Shown here piece after piece: positions 54,421 to 64,000 of a DNA stretch of 64,000 nucleotides. The DNA is from Escherichia phage 308Ecol101PP. Numbering within the stretch: position 1 is the stretch's first letter; every line of letters starts with the position of its first letter. The stretch lies in the sequence record OR062945.1; one strand, written 5' to 3'. A model generated the notes under the pieces. It saw nothing but the letters and a program-made list of their open reading frames with translations. It did no database searches and had not been told where the DNA came from. Position numbers and translations under genes: made by a program.

Positions 54421-57400
54421 TTATTCAATCCACTCAAATTTAACAGTTTTATTCACAGGGTCTGGAATAATGCGGACATTACCAATCCTTAAGAAATCCC
54501 TTATTGTCAAGTTTCCGATTGTTGCATTATCAGAAGGTAAAGCGCCAATATCAGAAGGTTGAGGAGGGTTACCTCCGTCAAATACCTGAACAAAACTTGA
54601 CCAAGAGTTTTTGGTTTTCTGCCATGTACGTGTCCAACGGGTTGTACGTGCTTCTGTAGTTGTTGGATAAGTAATCCAATCTTGGTAAAGCGAATCAAGT
54701 GTATTACCAAACTGAGTCAGTGTACCAGGAGATTTAACTTCTTCGCCACGTTCTAAGTATGGAAGTCCAGTCACTTCATTAGTTTTTTCAACCATTTTAA
54801 AATAACCCGGGAATTGGTTATAAGTGGCTGAATCGTTAATATCGATTGACCAGAATCCGACTGTATCAGCAGTAGGAGCACGAGTGTATAAATCAGCAGT
54901 TTTAGAACCCTGAGAACGAATTCTCGAGTTAACAGTTAAACCACCTGAATTTATAGTAGCACCTTTGGCAATGATTAAGCCTTCACCAATCGTTACTTGG
55001 CCGGATGCATTATTAATAGCTAAAGGACGTAATCCATTAAATCCGCCAGTCTGATCACCTGATGCAGTAAGCATAAAATAGGTATTAGCAGCATCATTAC
55101 GAATAAAGAATCCGTAATCACCACTAATTGCTCTGAATGCGTTTGCACTATAGGTTATAAATTCACCCTGTGCTGTCACCGAACGTCCAAATGTTGCCGC
55201 ACCATTAGCATTCAATGTTCCGGATGCATTAACATTAATCGGCCGAACTGTACCGTTGATGCTGAAAGTAATATTACCAAGGTTATCCCGTTGTGAATAA
55301 AAGTGGTTAGATGTTTCATCACCAACTTCAAATATCGTAGCACGAGATGTATCAGAACCGCCGGCGAATTGGTTACCCCATACACGGATATTCATCGCCT
55401 GAGCAGGGTTGTTTCCAGTTTGTGGACCTTTTTCAAATATTAAGCGAGTTGAAGCACCTGTATTAGAAATAGTTAATGTACTATTAGCAGATACCGAACC
55501 ACCAAACGTAGCCGTACTAGATGATACAAGAGGGGCACTCAGATTCGTTTGTTGGGTTAAGGTTAGTGAACCATTAACCGTCTGTGTAATGTCCCTACGA
55601 ATGAACTGAGATGAATCTAGGCCATCTAATAAATTTGCGTCAGCAGCTTTTGCTTTTAATGGCAAATAGTTAGCAAGTACACGGTTTAATTCATATGGTG
55701 ATACCGCATAACTATTTTTCTCATATGATTCTAAAGGTTGTGTTGAACCAACTGTATCATTACCAACAAATGTAATAGAACCGGATGAAGTTTTAACGAA
55801 TCCGCGAATTGCTGTAGTAGCAGCCCATGTTGGTTCACTCTGCACAATCCATTTTAAATTCTTAGGAGATACAGCAGTGTTCGCTGACGTTCCAGTCACA
55901 GTTTCAGACTGGGTTGCAACCTTGATTACACCTTCAGACGTTTCAGTGGACTTAGTCCCTAAAAGCTTTTTAGGAGTAATAAGAACATCATCTAAAGTTC
56001 CTGCATTAGATTCTGCCTGGGTCGCTACGCGAAGTGTACCACGTTGTGTTTCATTTGCTTTAGAAATATCAAGAGTATAATGGTTCCACAAGGTTCCTTC
56101 TTCAATAAGTCCGGAATCAGAATTAACACTGGTACGGTCAGAAGAATCAAAATGAGTTTTAATTTTCAGTGGAGTCGAGATACGAGTATCATCAGTTCCA
56201 GTATCAAATTCAACTTGCGTAGCAATTTCGGCTATGCCGGATAATCCTTCCGTCGCTCTCCTATCATTTAACGTCTTAGGCGTTACTGCACGTGTATAAT
56301 CAGTCCCAGCATTAGTTTCTGCTTGCGTAGCAATTTCAATTAAACCAATACGTCCATCAGTAGAAGTTTTCTTATGTAGTGTTTCAGGAGTTACTACAGC
56401 ATGAGAGTATCCAGACTGAGATTGTCCAGCAATTACTTCACTATCAATAGCTAAAATTACTGCACCTTGTTGGGCGTAAGTTGCTTTATATTGGTCAAGG
56501 GCTTTAGGAGAAATAGTTAAATTATTTACGGTTTTATTATAAACATTAGTGCCTGCAGCCCCACGAGTTTCGGCAGGAGTAGCAGAAGTAGTTGATACAT
56601 ATTTAACTATACCCGATAGTGTTTCGGAACCCTGACGTGCCTGTAATTTCTTAGGCGTAATAATCGTTGTGTCATCAAGACCAGCATCGGTTTCAGTCTG
56701 AGTAGCAATTTCAGCAAGACCGCGACGAGTTTCAGTTGCTGTACGCTCATTTAGTTTTTTAGGCGTAACAATAGTATCGTCCACAAATGATGCTGTGGAA
56801 TTCTGGTTAACTTGTGCTGTTGTAGCAATTTTAGCGATACCACGTCGAGCTTCAGTTGCTGTACGATTTGCCAACGTTTCAGGAGTAATAGCAACTTCTT
56901 TAGCCGGAGTATTCTCTAAATCAACATTTGCTTGCGCTTGAGTAGCAAGAGCAATAACACCTAAACGAGCTCGTGTAGCATCAGTTCCAGCATCAACACG
57001 TTCTACCGTAGGGACATTCTGTTGAACAACCCAATAATGAGTGTCAGAATCGGTGTCTTCGATATACGCTAATTCTAATACAGGAACATATGAAGTAGTG
57101 CCATTGAATTCTAGTTCAGTAACAGAGACCCATTGAGCATCAGGTGGATATTCAGAACGTTTAGGGAACTGAAGCAACGCAATAGAAGAAGCAATTGTAT
57201 CACCTTCGGCAGCTTTAATTTTTACTGTTTGGCCTTTACGCATGTAGTTCATTGAAATTTTAACAGTGTCACCACTCAAAATTCCAGTAGGCAGCGTAAG
57301 ATTAATAGTTCCGGCTGTAGCGTTATTTGTGCCAAAAATAAGAACTTCTTCATTTGGACGAATATTTGAATCCGCACGGATAATACGAAGACGCGATTTC

Positions 57401-58296
57401 TGGTCGCCTTCCCATATACGCCATAAACTATTTGCAGCATCAAAAACAAAAAACGCGTCAGAGTCATTTCTGCCTTCGGCAATATGAGTCCCGACTTCAC
57501 CAATAGACGTTGTATCATCAAATGTTTTAACAATTGTATGATACAGTGGGTTTAATCTATCTAAATCGACTAGGCTGATTATATCACCATTGTTAGCATT
57601 ACGTGGAAGTGTAATGTTGATTGGTGCTGCACTAGTAAAACGACGAACGATAAAATCATTTGCTTGTGCTTGGTATGGTGTCGCAGGTGTAACAGTGATT
57701 GATTCTTTACCGTAATCAATGATATACATCTGCCACAAACGATTACTAAACACAAACACTAGTTGTGAACGTGGTCGCGTCATTAAAACTGTACGAACTT
57801 GTTCACCTCTAAAGTTTAAAATACTCTGCACAGACGCGTTAATCTGTACTTTAACTGTCCCGGTTCTTCCACCAATATCAGCCAAAACAACAGTATCACC
57901 ATCAACCGGCGCATTTGGCAATGTGAAAACCATATCATTGCCAGCACCAGTGTTAACCGAAATCGATTCACCTGAAGAAAGTTGATAAGTCCCAGAAGCG
58001 ACAGTTATCCATTGTGCATCGGTACGAACTGCACGCCATTGTAAAAGGTTAAATGCCCCGGAAGGAGACACGATATCATTTATTGCTTGATATAAACGGT
58101 TGTCATAAAGAACAACAAATCCTTTGTTATATCCACGCGTAGAATCATATACTTGAACGGTGTTTTCTTGTACCAGGAAGTCAACGTTTACGCCATCAGT
58201 ACCTACTGTACGGTCGGCTAATGCTACGTTAACAATCTTGTCGCCACCGGCGTCCAGACCGTCTTCGGCTCTGAACTTACGTTTGATGTCGGCCAT
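54421..58296 (-). CDS. 34: gp34 long tail fibre proximal subunit
   Basis: 1291 aa; repetitive beta-rich sequence with recurring TPKKL/ATQAE-like units; late promoter upstream. Confidence 0.9.
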   Translation of the reverse strand: MADIKRKFRAEDGLDAGGDKIVNVALADRTVGTDGVNVDFLVQENTVQVYDSTRGYNKGFVVLYDNRLYQAINDIVSPSGAFNLLQWRAVRTDAQWITVASGTYQLSSGESISVNTGAGNDMVFTLPNAPVDGDTVVLADIGGRTGTVKVQINASVQSILNFRGEQVRTVLMTRPRSQLVFVFSNRLWQMYIIDYGKESITVTPATPYQAQANDFIVRRFTSAAPINITLPRNANNGDIISLVDLDRLNPLYHTIVKTFDDTTSIGEVGTHIAEGRNDSDAFFVFDAANSLWRIWEGDQKSRLRIIRADSNIRPNEEVLIFGTNNATAGTINLTLPTGILSGDTVKISMNYMRKGQTVKIKAAEGDTIASSIALLQFPKRSEYPPDAQWVSVTELEFNGTTSYVPVLELAYIEDTDSDTHYWVVQQNVPTVERVDAGTDATRARLGVIALATQAQANVDLENTPAKEVAITPETLANRTATEARRGIAKIATTAQVNQNSTASFVDDTIVTPKKLNERTATETRRGLAEIATQTETDAGLDDTTIITPKKLQARQGSETLSGIVKYVSTTSATPAETRGAAGTNVYNKTVNNLTISPKALDQYKATYAQQGAVILAIDSEVIAGQSQSGYSHAVVTPETLHKKTSTDGRIGLIEIATQAETNAGTDYTRAVTPKTLNDRRATEGLSGIAEIATQVEFDTGTDDTRISTPLKIKTHFDSSDRTSVNSDSGLIEEGTLWNHYTLDISKANETQRGTLRVATQAESNAGTLDDVLITPKKLLGTKSTETSEGVIKVATQSETVTGTSANTAVSPKNLKWIVQSEPTWAATTAIRGFVKTSSGSITFVGNDTVGSTQPLESYEKNSYAVSPYELNRVLANYLPLKAKAADANLLDGLDSSQFIRRDITQTVNGSLTLTQQTNLSAPLVSSSTATFGGSVSANSTLTISNTGASTRLIFEKGPQTGNNPAQAMNIRVWGNQFAGGSDTSRATIFEVGDETSNHFYSQRDNLGNITFSINGTVRPINVNASGTLNANGAATFGRSVTAQGEFITYSANAFRAISGDYGFFIRNDAANTYFMLTASGDQTGGFNGLRPLAINNASGQVTIGEGLIIAKGATINSGGLTVNSRIRSQGSKTADLYTRAPTADTVGFWSIDINDSATYNQFPGYFKMVEKTNEVTGLPYLERGEEVKSPGTLTQFGNTLDSLYQDWITYPTTTEARTTRWTRTWQKTKNSWSSFVQVFDGGNPPQPSDIGALPSDNATIGNLTIRDFLRIGNVRIIPDPVNKTVKFEWIE

Positions 58297-58326
58297 TCGT
58301 TTTTCCTTTATTGTTTCAATAATACT

Positions 58327-58334
58327 TATTTATA
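58327..58334 (-). promoter_or_regulatory. late promoter TATAAATA (minus strand) upstream of gene 34
   Basis: + strand TATTTATA about 31 nt upstream of gp34 start codon. Confidence 0.6.
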
Positions 58335-58399
58335 CCAGTTTACGCTTTCAAATGAGTATGTTACTATAGTCAAGTTGACTAACTGAACAAGAGGTTCAT

Positions 58400-59317
58400 A
58401 TGGATTTAGAAATGATGTTGGATGAAGATTACAAAGAAGGTATTGCACTTGCCGACTTTAGTAACATTGCATTGGCAGCCGCATTAAACAACTTTGAAGA
58501 TGGCGATAAAATTACTGTTCCGATGGTTCGCCATGTAATCTTGAATTCAATTCGTAAAAACGTAGTGATGTTCCGTAAGCAAGGCTATACAAAATTTGTA
58601 TTGTGTATGGATAATGCTACTTCAGGTTATTGGCGTCGTGACTTTGCTTACTATTACAAGAAAAATCGTAAAACCGATCGTGAAGCTTCAAAGTGGGATT
58701 GGGAAGGATATTTTACTGCACTCCGTCAAGTTGTTGATGAGATTAAGAAATACATGCCGTACGTTGTAATGGATATTGACAAGTATGAAGCAGATGACCA
58801 TATCGGTGTATTAACTAAATATTTGTCATTAGCTGGACATAAGGTATGTATTGTTGCATCAGATGGTGACTTTACACAATTACACAAATATCCTAACGTT
58901 AAACAGTGGTCGCCACCACAGAAAAAATGGGTTAAAATTAAGAACGGTTCTGCTGAAATTGATTGCATGACTAAAATTCTTAAAGGTGACCGTAAAGACG
59001 GCGTTGCATCTGTTCGAGTTCGTGGCGACTTCTGGTTTACCAGAGTTGATGGTGAACGAACTCCGAGCATGAAAACAACGATTATTGAAGCAATTGCCAA
59101 TGACCGTTCTCAAGCTGAAGTATTATTAAGTGCGGAAGAATATAAACGGTATCAAGAAAATTTGGTTCTTATTGATTTTGATTATATCCCTGATAATATT
59201 GCTTCAACCATTATAGAGTATTATAACTCATATAAACCACAACCTAAAGGCAAGATTTATTCATACTTTGTAAAATCTGGTCTTTCTAAATTAACAAGTG
59301 TAATTAATGAATTCTGA
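58400..59317 (+). CDS. rnh: RNase H (5-prime to 3-prime exonuclease / FEN-like)
   Basis: 305 aa; acidic active-site blocks (VLCMDN, KYEADDHIG, VASDGDF); T4 position adjacent to gene 34. Confidence 0.85.
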   Translation: MDLEMMLDEDYKEGIALADFSNIALAAALNNFEDGDKITVPMVRHVILNSIRKNVVMFRKQGYTKFVLCMDNATSGYWRRDFAYYYKKNRKTDREASKWDWEGYFTALRQVVDEIKKYMPYVVMDIDKYEADDHIGVLTKYLSLAGHKVCIVASDGDFTQLHKYPNVKQWSPPQKKWVKIKNGSAEIDCMTKILKGDRKDGVASVRVRGDFWFTRVDGERTPSMKTTIIEAIANDRSQAEVLLSAEEYKRYQENLVLIDFDYIPDNIASTIIEYYNSYKPQPKGKIYSYFVKSGLSKLTSVINEF

Positions 59318-59324
59318 GGTAAAC

Positions 59325-59594
59325 ATGGCTAAGAAAGAAGCAGTTGAATTTAATCAAGATGTGCATGGTGAAGAACTGGCTAAACTAGTCAAGGAAGCTT
59401 CCGATAACAAACTTAAAATTTCTGGTTATAATGAACTGATTAAAGACATTCGTACTCGTGCTAAAGAAGAGCTTGGCGTCGATGGAAAAATGTTTAATCG
59501 TTTGTTAGCTCTTTATCATAAAGACGCACGTGACCAATTTGAAGCTGAAAACGAAGAGGTAGTCGAGCTTTATGACACAGTTTTCACTAAGTGA
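59325..59594 (+). CDS. dsbA: DsbA-like dsDNA-binding protein (by position between rnh and 33)
   Basis: 89 aa from ATG 59325 after CTGAGGTAAAC; ORF track begins at 59307. Confidence 0.55.
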   Translation: MAKKEAVEFNQDVHGEELAKLVKEASDNKLKISGYNELIKDIRTRAKEELGVDGKMFNRLLALYHKDARDQFEAENEEVVELYDTVFTK

Positions 59595-59910
59595 TATTAA
59601 ACCGGTTGATGAGACCGGTTTATCTGAACAAGAATTAGCAGTAAAACACGATAAAGATGATATCGCTAAATTGCTTGACCGACAAGAAAATGGATTCATT
59701 ATCGAATCCATGGTTGAACAATTTGGTATGTCTTATTTAGAAGCAACAACTGCTTTCTTGGAAGAAAATTCTATTCCAGAAACACAATTTGCTAAATTTA
59801 TTCCTACAGGAATTGTTGAAAAAATTACAAGCGAAGCAATTGACGAAAATATGCTTCGCCCATCAGTTGCTCGTGGTGAAAAAACTAATACGTTAGATTT
59901 CTTATTATGA
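59572..59910 (+). CDS. 33: gp33 late transcription co-activator
   Basis: 112 aa; acidic, C-terminal ...TNTLDFLL hydrophobic tail; position upstream of gene 59. Confidence 0.75.
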   Translation: MTQFSLSDIKPVDETGLSEQELAVKHDKDDIAKLLDRQENGFIIESMVEQFGMSYLEATTAFLEENSIPETQFAKFIPTGIVEKITSEAIDENMLRPSVARGEKTNTLDFLL

Positions 59911-60560
59911 TTAAAATACGCATGCCTCCTGATGGAGAACGTTATATTAACGGAAAATCGGTATACAAACTATACTTGATGTGCAAACAACATTTTAATG
60001 GTCGGTATGACGTAATCAAATATAACTGGTGCATGCGTGTTTCGGATAATGCGTATCAAAAACGCCGAGATAAATATTTCTTTGAAAAACTAGCAGAGAA
60101 ATATAAATTGAAGGAACTCACCTTGATATTCATAAGCAACTTAGTTGCTAACCAAGACGCATGGATTGGTGAGATATCAGACGCTGATGCATTAGTTTTC
60201 TATAGGGAATATATTGGACGTCTCAAACAAGCCAAGGAGACGTTTGCTGAAGATGTACGTAACATCTACTATTTCGGTAAGAAAGTTGAAGTTAGCGCGC
60301 TTCAAGAGATATTTGATTATAATAATAAAGTTCAGTCGAGCTACATATTTAAATTGCTACAAAGCAATATAATTTCATTTGAAACCTTCTTGTTGTTAGA
60401 TTCATTTTTGAATATTATAGATAAGCACGACGAACTCACCGATAACTTAGTCTGGCAAAATTATTCTACCAAATTAAAGGCATATCGAAAAATACTTCAA
60501 ATCGATGGAAATGCTGCTAAGAAATTGTTCATAGAAACAATCAAATCATGTAAGTATTAA
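59907..60560 (+). CDS. 59: gp59 helicase loader
   Basis: 217 aa; ATGA-coupled; position immediately upstream of gene 32 as in T4. Confidence 0.8.
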   Translation: MIKIRMPPDGERYINGKSVYKLYLMCKQHFNGRYDVIKYNWCMRVSDNAYQKRRDKYFFEKLAEKYKLKELTLIFISNLVANQDAWIGEISDADALVFYREYIGRLKQAKETFAEDVRNIYYFGKKVEVSALQEIFDYNNKVQSSYIFKLLQSNIISFETFLLLDSFLNIIDKHDELTDNLVWQNYSTKLKAYRKILQIDGNAAKKLFIETIKSCKY

Positions 60561-60599
60561 GCTTTATTTCTTGTGTGTTAAAATTACTTTATAAATAAA

Positions 60600-60682
60600 T
60601 CATACCAGCTACGAGGTATAAGTGTCGTAGCAACCAACTGTAAGTAAATAAATTAAATAATCTAAATAAAAGGTAATAATCC
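60600..60682 (+). promoter_or_regulatory. gene 32 autoregulatory translational operator (hairpin/pseudoknot plus unstructured AU-rich tract)
   Basis: GCUACGA-10 nt loop-UCGUAGC stem at 60608-60631, then AU-rich tract AAGUAAAUAAAUUAAAUAAUCUAAAUAAAAGGUAAUAAUCC up to the gp32 ATG. Confidence 0.6.
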
Positions 60683-61585
60683 ATGTTTAAACGTAAATCT
60701 ACTGCTGACCTCGCTGCTCAAATGGCTAAACTGAATGGTAACAAAGGTTTCTCTTCAGAAGATAAAGGCGAATGGAAGCTGAAGCTAGATGCATCCGGTA
60801 ATGGTCAAGCGGTAATTCGTTTCTTGCCAGCAAAAACTGATGATGCACTACCATTTGCAATTCTTGTTAACCACGGTTTCAAGAAAAATGGTAAATGGTA
60901 TATTGAAAATTGCTCTTCTACACATGGTGATTACGACTCTTGTCCTGTATGTCAGTACATTAGTAAAAATGACCTGTACAATACCAACAAAGCTGAATAT
61001 TCTCAACTGAAACGTAAAACTTCTTATTGGGCTAATATTCTGGTTGTTAAAGACCCTCAAGCTCCAGATAACGAAGGTAAAGTATTTAAATATCGTTTCG
61101 GTAAAAAGATTTGGGACAAAATCAATGCAATGATTGCAGTTGATACCGAAATGGGTGAAACTCCAGTTGATGTTACTTGTCCGTTTGAAGGTGCTAACTT
61201 CGTTCTGAAAGCTAAGCAGGTTTCTGGTTTTAGCAACTATGACGAATCTAAATTCTTGGGTCAATCTGAAATTCCTCGTATTAATGATGAAGCATTCCAG
61301 AAAGAACTATATGACCAGATGGTAGACCTTACCACTTTGACGGCTAAAGACCAGTTCAAATCCTTTGAAAAATTAAATGAATCTTTCGCTAAGGTTCTTG
61401 GTACTGCCGCTCTTGGTGGTGCAGCAGCCGCAGCAGCTTCTGTTGCAGATAAAGTTGCTTCTGACCTTGACGATTTTGATAAAGACATGGAAGCCTTTAG
61501 TTCTGCAAAAACTGAAGATGACTTCATGAGCTCTACCTCATCCTCTGATGATGGTGACCTCGATGACCTGTTAGCCGGTCTATAA
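60683..61585 (+). CDS. 32: gp32 single-stranded DNA-binding protein
   Basis: 300 aa; zinc-binding H...C...C...C, acidic Ser/Asp-rich C-terminus ([18 protein letters not shown]). Confidence 0.95.
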   Translation: MFKRKSTADLAAQMAKLNGNKGFSSEDKGEWKLKLDASGNGQAVIRFLPAKTDDALPFAILVNHGFKKNGKWYIENCSSTHGDYDSCPVCQYISKNDLYNTNKAEYSQLKRKTSYWANILVVKDPQAPDNEGKVFKYRFGKKIWDKINAMIAVDTEMGETPVDVTCPFEGANFVLKAKQVSGFSNYDESKFLGQSEIPRINDEAFQKELYDQMVDLTTLTAKDQFKSFEKLNESFAKVLGTAALGGAAAAAASVADKVASDLDDFDKDMEAFSSAKTEDDFMSSTSSSDDGDLDDLLAGL

Positions 61586-61592
61586 TAAATCG

Positions 61593-61613
61593 GGAGACTT
61601 CGGTCTCCCTTTT
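61593..61613 (+). terminator. intrinsic terminator after gene 32
   Basis: GGGAGAC-TTCG-GTCTCCC followed by TTTTGAG. Confidence 0.7.
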
Positions 61614-61640
61614 GAGTATCTGTAAATTGCCGAAAAAGTT

Positions 61641-61669
61641 GTTTACTTCTTCCCTGGATGTGTTAGTAT
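61641..61669 (+). promoter_or_regulatory. early promoter
   Basis: GTTTAC, 17-nt spacer, TAGTAT, AGACCTATCAA. Confidence 0.55.
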
Positions 61670-61698
61670 AGACCTATCAACAACATGAGGAAATCAAA

Positions 61699-62103
61699 AT
61701 GGAAATCGGAAAATCTTATATCATTAACCCTTTATTTAAAGATGACTTTGTTCAAGAAGCACCACACAATAACGCTAAGATGTTAAAATTGATTGAACTC
61801 CACGGGCCTAGTTTTGTTGTAAACGGAATGGAACCTGATTATGATAGCGATACGTCAAACGTAGTAAGTGTAACTATGGAAGATGGTACTGTATGTTCTG
61901 CCGGTGGTGAAATTGAAACTTATTTTGAGATTTATCCTGACGAGTTCAAATACTTTATTGAGTACTTTACTGAGGTAACTTTAGAAAAGCCTCAACCTAC
62001 TAACGAAGGTATAACTTTAGGTGTAACAAAAATCCATTGTATCGTAGATGAAACCAACGTCGACGAAATCATCAAACTTTTGCAAAAAACTTTTAAAAAG
62101 TAG
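61699..62103 (+). CDS. hypothetical protein (134 aa)
   Basis: SD CATGAGGAAATCAAA. Confidence 0.5.
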   Translation: MEIGKSYIINPLFKDDFVQEAPHNNAKMLKLIELHGPSFVVNGMEPDYDSDTSNVVSVTMEDGTVCSAGGEIETYFEIYPDEFKYFIEYFTEVTLEKPQPTNEGITLGVTKIHCIVDETNVDEIIKLLQKTFKK

Positions 62104-62132
62104 TGTACAATCAGATAGGGTTATGTTATAGT
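62103..62132 (+). promoter_or_regulatory. early promoter
   Basis: GTGTAC, 18-nt spacer, TATAGT, AGCCCTATCAA. Confidence 0.5.
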
Positions 62133-62167
62133 AGCCCTATCAAATCAAAAGTGAAGCGGAGAATAAA

Positions 62168-62416
62168 ATGAGATTGCAACGCCAGAGCATCAAAGATTCG
62201 GAAGTTAGAGGTAAATGGTACTTCAACATCGTCGGTAAAGACGCTGAACTCCTTGAACAAGCTGAAGAAGCTTTACGAGAAATGGGTTGGAACGAAGAAT
62301 GTGATGGATGTCCACTCTACGAAGATGGTGAAAGTGCAGGATTCTGGATTTATCATTCTGACGTCGATCAGTTTAAAGCTGATTGGAAAGTTGTTAAGAA
62401 AAATCTGAGGAAATAA
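62168..62416 (+). CDS. hypothetical protein (82 aa)
   Basis: SD GAAGCGGAGAATAAA. Confidence 0.45.
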   Translation: MRLQRQSIKDSEVRGKWYFNIVGKDAELLEQAEEALREMGWNEECDGCPLYEDGESAGFWIYHSDVDQFKADWKVVKKNLRK

Positions 62417-62418
62417 TT

Positions 62419-64000
<1,582 letters not shown>

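Noticed and set aside
50765-57985. Short + strand ORFs inside the minus-strand tail fibre genes 34 and 37
   Set aside because: All are embedded antisense in long repetitive fibre genes and lack SD sequences; the repetitive fibre sequence easily creates open antisense frames.
295-61613. Repeated GC-rich UUCG hairpins as a possible CRISPR-like or repeat array
   Set aside because: Copies are tens of kilobases apart, differ in stem sequence and are followed by U-tracts; they behave as independent terminators, not a spaced repeat array.

Overview
This window is a T4-like (Tevenvirinae) phage segment, in the orientation opposite to the standard T4 map. The DNA polymerase matches the RB69 gp43 sequence as I recall it (recognition from memory, not a database hit). 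The + strand carries a near-complete early/middle replication and host-takeover block in T4 order: 47, 46, rpbA, 45, 44, 62, regA, 43, [insert], 42-like, uvsX, 40, 41, [insert], 61, 56, soc, ADP-ribosyltransferase pair, dda, dexA, 39 (unsplit), glycosyltransferase, rIIA, rIIB, ndd, 52, motA, asiA. The - strand carries the late long-tail-fibre module (t, 38, 37, 36, 35, 34). The + strand then resumes with rnh, dsbA, 33, 59, 32, frd and the start of td. Early promoters of the GTTTAC/TATAAT type, UUCG-tetraloop terminators, TATAAATA late promoters and the gene 32 and 43 translational operators are visible. The main candidate for a novel system is a five-gene cassette between genes 43 and 42, four of whose genes look like a sugar-nucleotide pathway. 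It encodes a KdsD-type SIS isomerase, a fused RmlA-like nucleotidyltransferase/APH-like kinase, a small HAD phosphatase and a U32-family Fe-S protein. With gp42, gp56 and a GT-B glycosyltransferase after gene 39, and no T4-type beta-gt, I infer a DNA pentosylation (possibly arabinosylation) system; this is untested. No tRNA, CRISPR array, integrase or intron was seen.
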